A stretch of DNA of 64,000 bases from Bugula neritina (Eukaryota > Animalia > Bryozoa): assembly GCA_964035545.1 (NCBI GenBank), contig OZ037769.1:11810633-11874632 (forward strand). The letters are read 5' to 3'. The notes beneath the pieces are model-generated. The model had not been told where the DNA came from. It searched no databases and saw only the letters and a list, made by a program, of their open reading frames with translations. Position 1 is the first letter of the stretch. Every line of letters starts with the position of its first letter. The translations under genes and the position numbers were made by a program. Shown here one piece after another: positions 38,427-52,139 of the stretch.

Positions 38427-41400
38427 ATGACCCATCAATGCGATCAATGTGAAAAAGTGTATAAACAACAAAATAATGTGCAAAGGCACAAAAGAACTTT
38501 TCATTCTGCTTCAACAACACGAGCTGATCATAGCTGTGAAACTTAAGTGGAAAAGTATATGCTAGATTAGATGCTTTGACACATCACAAGAAAAGTCACT
38601 GTACAAGTCCAAATAACAAGTGTTTAACCTGCATAAAGAGTTTTACTGAAAAATGATAGCTATGTATGCAACGAATGTAGTGCTGGCTTCACCAGACGCG
38701 ATAGTTACATGAGGCACTTGAAAACTCATTACAATAAGTTCGCAAGTTTCATCTTGCATTCATGTGTACCCACTGCTTCTACCACATCAACTGTAGACTT
38801 TGACAGCAATGCACAGGCATAGTCTACAAACACTGACCTCAATGAGCTCTTAGCAAAATACAAAGGTGCTATTAAAACCTACTACAAGAAATGCAAGGTT
38901 TTGGACATCTTCAATATAAACCTGACAGATGAAAAAGTTGTCATTTCAGATCAGCTGACAGATGCTTGGCGTAGGGAGCTTAGGTTCAGAGTTAGAATTA
39001 ACTGTAGTGCGAGATTTGTGTTGAAGAACAAGTTAACTAATGAACTGCGTTATTTTCACAGCTCAGTGAACAATGCTTCTTATTTTGAAAAACCACTCTT
39101 GGTAAGAACAGATAGTGAATTACAAAACCTCTTAGAAAGCATGACAAAAATTGATATATTCCAGAAAATTTCACAACAGCGCCCAAATTCCACATGGACT
39201 GTAGAATTACTCACAAACCTCACATTCTACATTGCAAAAAATTTGCACATGGGTAAAATTGGTGGACCTGAGCACTTGCCATCCTACATTGTCCATCATC
39301 ATGCTCTTGCGCCTATGAATAGAAAGTCAAAATCTAAGTTGGTCTACAGAGACAACCTGTGTTTCTTTACATGTCTTGCTATGAAGCTTTCTTGCACTTG
39401 TAGAAGTCATTGCAAATGCTACATAGTAAGTGAGAGGTATGCGAGGCAATTGTTTACCAAATACCGGACAGCAAGAGATTTAAATTGTTCAGTTGCTAGA
39501 TTCAAAAGCGTGAAACTTGAAAACTTGACACTGCTTGAGCGTCTGTTTGCCATATCAATTACTGTATTCTAATTAGACTCTGATTTCAGCTCTAATGCCA
39601 TCTGGTGCTCCAAGCTATCTTACTCTACAAAGCTTCATCTCAACTTGTATGAAAATCATTTCAGCTTGATACAGAGAGTTGATCAATACGCTAGAGCGTA
39701 TGATTGTCTTTCCTGCACCAAATCCTACACCAAGCTCAGTAACCTCAAAAGGCATAAATGTGAGGGTGTGCAACAGCAACTAAAATTTCTATCTAAATGC
39801 TATGCACCAGAGCCTACAATATTTGAAAAGCTAGAAGATAAGTTAGGCATATATGTCGAAGAATCCAGACAGACTTATCCATACTGCATTACATACGGCA
39901 CCGAGTGCTCACTCAGTCCAGAAAGCTTACCGAAGAATACAACGAGTATCAATTACACAGCTCACCATGAGATAATAAGCATATCAGTACGCTTTAAGTT
40001 AAGAGTTTTGACAAGGCTCACACTTTTGTCCTTGAGAACAGTCAACATGAATTAATCCAGCGCTTTGTCAACTACATAGCAGATATAGCTGACTGTGCGT
40101 ATGAAGATTTGTTGATAGCATACAGCGATGTACTTGAAGAGATCACAGAAGTTGAAAAGCAGAGGGGTGAGGTAGAGGAGAAGTTTAAAGACTGCAGTTT
40201 TTTTGCGCCTCAAGTATATGTAGCCAACTCAGTTGCAAGGCTGAAACAACGTTTTTTGGAGTATCTTAGGGTTGTGCCCGTAGTTTCCTATAACGGTGAG
40301 CGGTATGACCTCAACATAATGAAAGGTCCGTTAATCAAACATCTCTACAACACTGGCAAGATCAAGTACACTGTGAAAAGAGTGAACACTCTGCAGTGCA
40401 TTCAAACTGACCAATTTAAGTTTGTTGACATATGTAACTACATAGCTCCAGGGTACACATATGCCACATACCTCAAAGCATTTGATTGTAGTGACAACAA
40501 GGGTCACTTTCCCTACGAATGGCTAACCTCTCTAGATATGCTCCAACAAACTCACCTTCCACCCCACTCAGCATTCTATAACTCCCTTAAGCAAAGTGAT
40601 ATTACAGCTAAAGAATACGCACACTGTCAGCAGGTTTAGGATAGCAGAGGTATGCAGACAATAAAAGACTATCTAACATATTATGCGAAATTAGGTGTTG
40701 AGCCCTTCATTGAAGCACTAGAGAAACAAACGCAAATTTATGCCCAGAAAAATATTGACATGCTGAAGTCTGCTATATCATTACTGGGTCTAGCAGTGCG
40801 CTGGATGTTTACTGAAGTAGATCGTAGTGCGTTTGACATTTCACTGATTGATGAAAGAAATAAGGATGTTTACAGTTTGGTAAAACAAAACATAGTAGGT
40901 GGGCCCTCCATAGTATTTCAGAAATACCACGAAAAGGATGTGACAAAATTGAGGTTTTCTGAATATGGTAGTGAGGCAAAATTTTGCAAACAGGTGCTGG
41001 GTGTTGATGCCAATGCACTTTATCTTTGGAGCATGATGCAAGAAATGCCCACAGGCTACATGATTCACAGATATGAACACAATGGTTTTAAACCTCAATT
41101 GTCCCAGAAATATGGGAGACAAGCGTGGACATGGTTGGAATATCTGTCTCATACACTGAATATATACATAGAACACATGTTTAATAAAGGTGAAGTTAGA
41201 ATTGAACAGCATGCAGTTCCGGTAGATGACTACTGTAGGGAAAGCAACACAGTATATCAGTTCCATGGCTGTTTGTTTCATGGGCATTCAAACTGTCCTA
41301 TAACCCAAGGCAAACTGTTCAACCCAGCAAATAACAGAAGCATGGAAGATCTCTTCCATTCTACAATGCATAAGGAAGAATACATTAGGGCACATGGTTA

Positions 41401-41542
41401 CAACCTAATTACAATATTTGAGTGTCACTGGCAACAACAAGTTGAGCTTGTTGTTGAAACAAAGCAGTTTGTATCCGAGTTTGAGCGCAAAGAGTTGAAA
41501 GATTGTGGTTCAAAAACATTAAGAAAAACATTAAAACATTAA
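38427..41542 (+). pseudogene. polB: Protein-primed DNA polymerase B with N-terminal C2H2 zinc fingers and an inserted Vsr-like nuclease domain; 3'-truncated
   Basis: VVSYNGERYDL (ExoII), KGHFPYEW, NIVGGPS, VDANALY (motif A); VYQFHGCLFHGH..GYNLITIFECHW (Vsr-like); motifs B and C absent; several stops and frameshifts. Confidence 0.92.
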
Positions 41543-41816
41543 CATTAAAACAATGATTCACATTAGGCTTATAATTTTACTCTTTATTCAGCAATAAATC
41601 TTAATGATAAGATTAAACAGAGCTTAGTAACAGCTTTAATATAATATCAGTTTATTTTTCAGTGAGTTAAATAAGTATGTGTAGGCTATAACACTGCAGC
41701 TAAACAATAATATGATTTTATAATGCTATAACAGAACATGTACATTGCAATGCTAACACATCAATACATACCGATTTTTTAAAAAGGTACAATAATGTTT
41801 CTAGTTTTAATGACCT

Positions 41817-42225
41817 CTCTCGTAGGTGGCATGCCTGATACTTCCTTCGATCTCGAGGTCACCAGGAAGGAATGCTTTGCGATAATTAATATTACGCGTT
41901 ATATAACTTAAACCAGCGCTGGTAGACTCATCAATTTATTATTGTCTCCGACTATTCAATGTAATGAACTATCAATGTACTGACCTCAGTGACATTTTGC
42001 TAGCAACTGTATCCATTATTCAAATTAATCTTATAATTATACTAATTATTCATCGGTAATATTATAATCAATATTTATCAATAACCACTAAGTCGTTAAT
42101 CACTGGCCTATCAAAGTAGCGTAACGTGGGCACCACCACTGCATCACCACCACACAGGACTTCCCTTTATAACATATAGAACCATCACCACAATTCACTA
42201 CCCGATATGCTCCATATATACTACT
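41817..42225 (-). repeat. Polinton right TIR
   Basis: Reverse complement of the left TIR; ends ACTACT followed by the TSD. Confidence 0.92.
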
Positions 42226-43234
42226 CATGTACTCAATAAACTGCATTATATTATAAATATGTGTCTGTGAAAGGAAAAACTAAAAATGTTGCCTGTTGTT
42301 CAATATATAACAAAAGAACCTATATTTTCAGACCATCATACCTGCATACAGAAAATAATTTTAGTAAAACAATATGTTAAAATCTCCCCCGATGTATGCA
42401 TGTATGTATGTATGTATGTATGCATGTATGTATGTACATGTATGTGTGCATGTAGGTGTGTATCTATGTTGGTATGCATATGCTCTCATAATCTGAAAAT
42501 CTCACAGCCTTTGGAATGTCATATCACAGATCTTGTCTACATAAAAAGCAAATTAACAAATAAAAGGCTAAACCGTTATTTAAAACTCAATTGTGAAAAA
42601 GTAGATACAATTTGCAAATATGAGAAGGTTATCAAGTTCTATTATGCACCATATATAAAAGTTTGTTTCTTTTTTTGTCAATTGGCTGTATTAATTTCTA
42701 GTATTCGAATCTATAAATTCGAGATGCACATATCATAGAAACAAACTATTATGGCTCAGTTCAATTCAATAGGGCACCCTTGTCTAGATAGATAATTGAA
42801 CTTAATTTGCTTTTGATATCTACTTTTCAAGATATATGAACAGCCCAGGAATAGGTTATTGCTCAGCATACCCTTTATCTACAACAGTGAAGCAAGTGAA
42901 GTGCAATGAGTACAGGTATGCATAAAAATTTTGTTTTTGAATAATGTCAGTATATAATGTATGACTCTCCACAATATAATAGTTTTGCATTTATATGTTA
43001 TGTTTATTATATTGTAATAATTTATACGTGGAATGTTATTATTAGCTGCACGAAACTATAGGTGTGAGTTTTTAGCTAATGTGAAAACAGTGACTCTTTG
43101 CTATCATTATTATATGACAGTATTTATACATATTACTGCTTTATTTCTGATCCATGTTACATAGAAAAAAAGAAAATCCTGGTAAATGACTTCTCACCAT
43201 AGTAGGAAAACTAGTAGCGAATATTATTCTAAGT

Positions 43235-43443
<209 letters not shown>

Positions 43444-43474
43444 AGTAAAGAGCGATAAAATTTGATTTAAAACA

Positions 43475-43529
43475 CTTTATTACTACTAGTTTCATGTGCA
43501 TAGAATGTACACAATCATCAGATAAAATG
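43475..43529 (-). ncRNA. Minimal type I hammerhead ribozyme (inverted copy)
   Basis: Reverse complement of 45976-46030. Confidence 0.7.
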
Positions 43530-43837
43530 TTAAGATGTAATGTAACAAGAATAAAAACATACCATGTATATGTATGAGAAATGTGTGTAAAAGCTATAAA
43601 GCCAATGGATTAAAATACATAAATAGATGGAATAAAAGTAATTAAGAGATTAAAATGTCAAGTCACATTCTCTAGGAGGAGCTTTCTAGCGTGCCTGCAT
43701 GTTGTTATGATCTCATTACGGCTGTTGAGTGAGGATAGATGTGGCTTGCAAATTATAAAGTATTTTTCTAGCAGGCATAGCTTGCAGAGTGGTGACTGCT
43801 TGTTGCATGGTTGTGCTCTGGCTAGAATTTTCCACTT

Positions 43838-45847
43838 ACTCAGAAGAATGAGATGGCGTGCATACTTCTTTCTTAACCCTGAAGCAAAAACCTATCAGAA
43901 ACAGACATACGGATTCAAATCTAACAAGACTCCACCGCAGATCCCCCAACTCCTAAGATTTGAAAAACGTATGTCTACTTTAATCCACAGACTGAATTTC
44001 AGGAAAGTCACATGCAGCTTTCAACAGAAGTTGCACAATGACATAAAGAAGAAGATTATTCCAGCCAATGTCATTGTACCAGCAGACAAAACATCAAACT
44101 ATTATGAGCTGAGCTGCAATACCTACAATGAAATGCTTCACAACAACATAACAAAATGCTACAAAAAAGAAGACAAGAACACACCCTTAACCATTTCCAG
44201 AGAAGACAAAAATATAGCAACTGGCTTACACTTAGCTGACAGGATCAACTGCACAAACCAGAAACCAGCCTACATCACACTAAAAGATCATAAAAACAAC
44301 TTTGAAACTACTCCAACCTGCAGACTAATAAATCCATCCAAGCCAGAAATGGGGAAGATAAGTAAGCATATACTTGACAAAATCAACTCTGAAATCACTA
44401 AAGAATTAAATTTGAACCAATGGAAAAATACCAACTCAGTACTTAACTGGTTTAACAACATAAAGAATAAAAAAGCCACGCTTTTATTGAGTTTGATATC
44501 GTTGACTTTTACCTATCCATCACATTCGACCTACTAAATAAAGCATTGGAATTTGCATCTCTCCATGTACAAATAACACACGAAGAGCGGCAAATTATTA
44601 TGCATACAAAAAAGTCACTTCTATACAACAAAGGTGAAGTGTGGAGCAAAACTACATCAGATCAGCTATTTGATGTGACCATGGGGAGTTACGATGGAGC
44701 AGAGACCTGTGAACTTGTCCGCACATTTCTCTTGTACCATGTGACCAGCAAGCATGGCCCCAATTTTGGTTTATACCGAGATGATGGTTTAGGTGTCTTG
44801 ACATCTTCAGCTAGAACCATCGAGGCCACAAAGAAGGACATATGCCACATTTTCAAGCAATATGGATTAAGAATCACAATTGAGGCAAATAAAAAAACAG
44901 TAAACTTTTTAGATATCCACCTCAACCTCACAAACGAGATATACCAACCATACAACAAGCCAAACAATATCCCCACATATGTTCATGCAAAATCCAACCA
45001 CCCACCATCTATTATTCGCAACATCCCAGAATCCATAAATAGACGACTCTCATCCATCTCATCCAACTCCACCACATTCAACAACAACACAGCAATCTAC
45101 CAACAAGCACTCATTAAAAGCAAATACAATCATAAGCTAAATTTTTACACGCCCACAGAGGTCACAAAGAAACCAAATCGTAGAAGGAAGGTAACATGGT
45201 TTAACCCTCCTTTTAGTAAAAACGTAACTAATAACATTGGAAAAGAGTTTATCAAAATCATCAGCAAAGAGTTTCCTCCAAGCCATGAACTCTACAGAAT
45301 TTTTAATAAGAAAACATTAAAAGTGTCATATAGCTGCATGCCCAACATAGCAGCAATCATAAATGGTCACAATAAGAAAGTATTGAAATCAAAAGAACAT
45401 GAACACCACACAAAGCCATGTAACTGCAAATCTAAAAACAATTGCCCACTGAGTGGCCAGTGCTGCACTGAGGCTGTCGTTTACCAGGCAACAGTCACAA
45501 ACAACAACAACACAGCAGTAGAGACATACGTGGGACTAACCCAGAACCAGTTCAAGTATCGATACAATAACCACACAGCCAGCTTCAAGAACACCAGTAA
45601 ACAAAACTCCACCGAGCTGAGCAAATATATTTGGAAATTAAAGAACAATAATATAGCTTATGAGATAAAGTGGAAAATTCTAGCCAGAGCACAACCATGC
45701 AACAAGCAGTCACCACTCTGCAAGCTATGCCTGCTAGAAAAATACTTTATAATTTGCAAGCCACATCTATCCTCACTCAACAGCCGTAATGAGATCATAA
45801 CAACATGCAGGCACGCTAGAAAGCTCCTCCTAGAGAATGTGACTTGA
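43838..45847 (+). pseudogene. Penelope-like RT plus GIY-YIG endonuclease, 5'-truncated, one frameshift near 44485
   Basis: PADKT, CRLINP, FDIVDFY (shifted frame), MGSYDGAE, YRDDGL, NFLD, SNHPP, WFNPPFS, CNC..CPL.G.C, VVYQA..YVGLT..FKYRYNNH. Confidence 0.93.
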
Positions 45848-45975
45848 CATTTTAATCTCTTAATCACTTTTATTCCATCTATTTATGTATTTTAATCCAT
45901 TGGCTTTATAGCTTTTACACACATTTCTCATACATATACATGGTATGTTTTTATTCTTGTTACATTACATCTTAA

Positions 45976-46030
45976 CATTTTATCTGATGATTGTGTACAT
46001 TCTATGCACATGAAACTAGTAGTAATAAAG
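45976..46030 (+). ncRNA. Minimal type I hammerhead ribozyme in the PLE 3' region
   Basis: CTGATGA (45984-45990), stem II TGTGTA/TGCACA, GAAA (46012-46015), palindromic stem III ACTAGT, GUA cleavage triplet. Confidence 0.75.
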
Positions 46031-46120
46031 TGTTTTAAATCAAATTTTATCGTTCTTTACTTTTATTTATTTACTCTGCTCTGCACTGCATTGAGCTCTC
46101 TTTAGTGGTAAACTATACAC

Positions 46121-46184
<64 letters not shown>

Positions 46185-46231
46185 ATGTATATATATGTGT
46201 GTGTATGTATGTATATATATACTGTATGTAT

Positions 46232-47329
<1,098 letters not shown>

Positions 47330-47432
47330 GTTTATGTTTGCATATTTTTTGACTGCATAAAATCATTACAAAGTCATATTTGAATAGCTCCAGTGTTTAA
47401 AGGCGTAGTAGAATGATTTTAGAACAGCAGAT

Positions 47433-49029
47433 ATGCCTCGACTTTGCATTAAGCCTAATCTTCAGAAAGACAAAGGCTATGCATGGGTTATAGGTGTGGC
47501 ATCATTTCTGTCACATTTCACTCATGTTGGATTGAGTTATGGCATCACTGGTAACTTGACTATAGCACATAAGCAGTTCTTCAATGTAGACCTTCAGAAA
47601 GGAAGTCTACCAGGAGCCATAAATTTTGGATTTCTTCTAATTCTAGGTAAACACTCATCTCAAAAAATACTCTTTTCCTTGTCACTATTTTGTTAAATTA
47701 CTAGATTTTTTCGGCAAAAATGGTATGAATCAAAAATTCAAACTCACTTAGACATGGTGAAGACACTGAATGTTTATGAATAAATATGAATCACCAATTT
47801 TAGGTCCCGTGGCTTCCATAATGATTAAGAAGTTTGGCTGCAGAATCACCCAGATAACTGGAGGTTTCTGTGTGTTACTTGGCTTTGTTCTCTCAATCCT
47901 GTCTAGACAGTTATGGCATGCTGTCATTTTGTACAGCGTTCTTGCAGGTAGAAGCCATTCTTAACATGCTTCAAAAAGGAAAGTTGCTTTTCACTGCTTA
48001 ACTTGGAGAACTTTTTCCCACTTTTAACTGACAACATTGCAATACTTTATTTTCAAAATTGTTGTCATTGATTGCAGTGAAAATAGTTTATTCAGGTCTA
48101 TGTACATTATATCTAGCTTTCTTAATTCTATCTAGTTGGCAACATGGTCTATAGAGTCTGCGGGACTTTGACTAAATTATGTTTTCCATTTTCAACTATG
48201 ATAATTGTGGAATTCAAAGCGCTGGCTGTGCTACAAACCATTTCATATGTGTTGCCAAATGCATGCAATAGATGACCAGTTCTGCTGGTTTGTATGTTTT
48301 AGCTTCCAAGCCATATAGCTATCTCTTTTGCAAAATTAAACAGCATTATTATAATGCAATAAATTGTCTTTTGTAGGACTTGGTGCATCTTTATGTTTCA
48401 ATGCAAATTCGGCTATCCTCACGCTGCACTTTGAGCGGTTCAAGTATATTGCGTTCTCTTTATCAATGTTGGGCGCCTATCTAGGCGTGGTAACATGGCC
48501 CCTTTTATCACAGCATTTGCTGAGTGAATTTGGATACTCATATGCTATGGGGATTATATCCATCTTAACTCTAATCAATATTTTTGCTGGAATTCTGTTT
48601 GTGGAACCACGGGCTGAAGAAGTGTTAGGTAAATAAGTGCAATGGTATTGTTACTATAATATAATGTGTGTAATTATGACCAACATTGAAAACGTTTTCA
48701 TGAACATAATTGAAATCTAATCAAATATTACAATAAATGCTAGTCTTATTTTCATATAGCCAAAGATACTATTACATAGTTGCTAGAATCTATGTTGTAT
48801 CAGTTCCTATTAAAAGGCAATATTTTGTTACTAAATTTTTGTGAATTGCTTTCATAAAGAGCGGAAAGATGCTTCTACACCAAATGAGCTGAAACCTTCA
48901 GAAGAAAACATTGAGACTGGAACTGATAACCCAGCTGTAGAGATTAGTGAGGTGAATAAATAATTCTGTATATGTGATACATCTTGGCTAACGATTAATT
49001 GCGCCGCTATAGTGTACTGAATGATAATG

Positions 49030-49103
<74 letters not shown>

Positions 49104-49365
49104 AATTTGTGGACAACAGCTGTTTCGAAATTTGGCCCCTCATCAGCACAGAACAGAATACCATGACCCACACCTTCGCAATAGTAGAAACTTATAGTTT
49201 TACTAAAGCATATTTTAAAGGTTTGTAAACCCAAGCCAGAGTGCTCAAGTGATTCTAGGGGTCACCTAGGAGTCACGAGCATTGCTAAATGCTAGCAGCT
49301 TGAGTTTGTGACTATGATGAGAGTGCTCAATCACTTAGTGTCATTGCTGAGCATTAAATGAGAGC

Positions 49366-49426
<61 letters not shown>

Positions 49427-51785
49427 ATATAATAAAGAAAATCCTTCTATGTGATTGTTTGTTTATGTGCGTTTTTAGAATGAAAATTTTGCAAGGGTAA
49501 TTGTTTATTACGGCAAATGTATATGTTGTTCCAGGATGATTTGGGTGTAAAGGCTGAGAAAGCAGAATCAGTTGAAAAAACTGAAACAGTGCAGAAAGGA
49601 AATCTAAAGCAGGAATTCAAACAGTTGCTAAAACTACCAAAGGCAGGTTTTTAAACATTAATTTTTTTGTAAAAACATGTTTAACAGTTTCTCTAAGTAA
49701 TTGTAAAGTAGTTTATACTGAATGTAAATTGTAGTTATTTATTTATATGATACATCATGCAAAATTTTCTGTTGTAGAACTTTGAATTTTGCATCAAAAA
49801 TGAAAATCAAACATATAAAATTACCGTTTTATTAGGTATGCGCATATACTTTTTTTAAGTTCTGTCCCAGCTTGAGAACTATGTTTGTATTGTTATCCAG
49901 TATGCTCTAAACTTTAGAGTCTGATTTTCTGGCACATGATTGAGTAGTTTAACATGCAATGATCCTTTAGGTTTCATAGCGTCGAAAATTGGAACTTTGT
50001 GATGACGCATTAAAATTAGTAACAGCTTTTTCAGCTGAAATATCTAATCTTTGATAACACTACTACAATAGACAAAATCATTTAGTGATCAGTTTTGTAC
50101 AGCGACTGTAGTGAATAAGTGTTGTTCTATTAAAACAGGTCTGGATGGTACTGGTCAGTGGCATGTTTTGGTGTACAAATGATGCAGGATTCTTTGTTCT
50201 AATCAATGACTACATTGTGTACGATGTTGGCTTGAGTGAATATGAGGCAGCTTTTGGCATCACATTATTAGGTAAGGCTGTTTAGTATACATCTGTAGCA
50301 TTTTATAGCTGCACTAAAGAGCTAGTTGCTGGACACGTACTACAGCATGCTGACTTGCAATAACATGTTTAGAACTTTTTCATCTACATGAAAACATCCA
50401 TTATACACATGGTTGAATAAAAAAGTATAAGAATATACGAATTCAAGGCAAAAAACAATTATTGAGTTAGGATGATTAATTTATGCAGAATGTCTCTATA
50501 AATAGAAAATATTCTGACAAAATATGCTTAATGGACTCAACAAAATATACTGGCAAAATATACAACAGAATATTTATGACAGCACCAAGTTAATCTCGAA
50601 CTTCCTATATAAATTATGGCTACAATTGATTATAATAATATATTACTTATAATTAATTACGATAAAAATGCCACATATTATCAGATTGAATCCAACTTCA
50701 GTGTGCAATATAATGAAGTATGCTTTCACCTATGCAATATAACTTTACTTCAATTAAAAATTCATGTTTTTGCCACAAATAAATAAACAGATGCCAATTT
50801 TATGCAAATATATTTCTTTAGAAGTACTTTGAGATTTTTTTTAACAAAAACTTAAATTCTTTGATCTTTTTCTATTAAGGGATTGGAAGTATCGTGGCTT
50901 GTGTCAGTTTGGTTGTCACGGGCTCACTCAAGTTTAACAGATTTATTCTCTATTTTTCTGTGATTGGACTCACCAGTATCCTAACCTTAGTTACAGCTTT
51001 CACCAGTAACAAAGTATGTTATTAATAACTATTATGACATTTCAGACCAGTAATTGCTGTGCTTTGAAAAATATTCAACAATGTTGTTAACCTAGATATT
51101 AGAGATTTTTAGGTTTTGAGAGTATTTGTCTATCAAGTAGTAAAAATATTATTAAATTTATCTCATTGTTAAAACAGACAACATACTACATTCTAATGCC
51201 ACTTTGGGGATTGACAAATGGTGCTGCTATAGCTAGTCTGCTGGGGTTTGTGAGTGACTTGTGCACTGTTGAGCAGTTCCCTGTGCTGTTTGGAATGGAG
51301 TGCTTGATGGAAGGAGTTGGTGGAACCTTGCTTGTTCCCCTTGGTGGTAAGAATTGTTTTGTATATATTCATAAAATTGAACTCTCTGGCTTGGTTTTAC
51401 TCATATTTTAAATATGCTTTAGTAAAACTATGAGTTTCTACTATTGCGAAGGTGGGCCATGGTACCCTGTTCTGTGCTGATGAGGGGACAAACCCCGAAA
51501 CAGCTGCTGTCCACAGATTGAGATATTACGCTCTCATTTAATGCTCAGCAATGACATTAAATGATTGAGCACTCTCACCATGGTCACAAACTCAAGCTGC
51601 TAGCATATATATTATAAAACTTAAAACATGAATACATGACAGTACAAAATATAAATCATATTTTTATAGCCTACATTGCTCAGACTGCTGGTGAAAGATA
51701 TGGCATAATTTTTCTCGGCTGTGGCGGAGTTTTGAGCGCCTTGGTGATCTTACCAATTGTAGTCAGGAGTGTGAAGAAACAGTGA
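47433..51785 (+). CDS. MFS transporter, SLC16/monocarboxylate-transporter-like, 453 aa; exons 47433-47646, 47804-47947, 48377-48628, 48860-48951, 49535-49642, 50139-50271, 50880-51013, 51178-51346, 51670-51785
   Basis: DKGYAWVI (the MCT DGGWGWVV motif), GPVASIMIKKFGCR, HFERFK..A, multiple TM segments; exon phases join to 1362 nt with no stop; seven GT-AG introns and one GC-AG intron. Confidence 0.9.
49099..49370 (-). mobile_element. Full-length ~270-bp hammerhead retrozyme monomer inserted in (TA)n (intron 4, antisense)
   Basis: Bounded by TA runs 49037-49100 and 49369-49424; circular permutation of 51377-51606; contains a hammerhead core. Confidence 0.88.
49106..49152 (-). ncRNA. Type I hammerhead ribozyme (weakened stem II)
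   Basis: Minus strand TCTGTG-CTGATGA-GGGGCCAAATTTC-GAAA-CAGCTGTTGTC-CACAAA. Confidence 0.85.
51377..51606 (+). mobile_element. Circularly permuted retrozyme copy (~230 bp, intron 8, sense)
   Basis: The two ends of the 49099-49370 copy are joined here as GATTGAGAT-ATTACGCTCTC; ends at GCAT followed by ATAT. Confidence 0.88.
51471..51517 (+). ncRNA. Canonical type I hammerhead ribozyme
   Basis: Stem I TCTGTG/CACAGA, core CTGATGA, stem II GGGG-ACAAA-CCCC, GAAA, stem III ACAG/CTGT, cleavage triplet GUC at 51509-51511. Confidence 0.93.
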
Positions 51786-52139
51786 GAAGAACATTTGCAG
51801 TACAGTCGTCTTAAGCATTCAAAAACGTTAGCTGTTAAAACAAATTCCCAGTTCTGCAGAATTGCTTAACACTAGTAATTGTTTTTTAATTGACAAGTTA
51901 TGTAATTTTTGAAATCTCACTTTAGATGTAAGCGAAGAAACTGAATTCCATAGGCTGATATGCTGCTGTGGCTCTCTTTTTCTTATTTGTGTCAATTATA
52001 TACCAATGTTGTTTATCTAAATAATTTTTCCTACAGTAACTTACATGAAAATTGCTAATTCCGTAGTTGCTAAGAATACAGTTGTTATAGACGTTGAATG
52101 TGTGGTCACTGTGTAAAGTATTAATTATGAAATACAATA

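Noticed and set aside
43707-43837. N-terminus of the 276-aa ORF
   Set aside because: Antisense read of the inverted 3' copy fused by chance to the truncated RT
45400-45847. Possible selenocysteine recoding, as reported for some Naiad elements
   Set aside because: All conserved Cys positions here are TGT/TGC; there is no in-frame TGA
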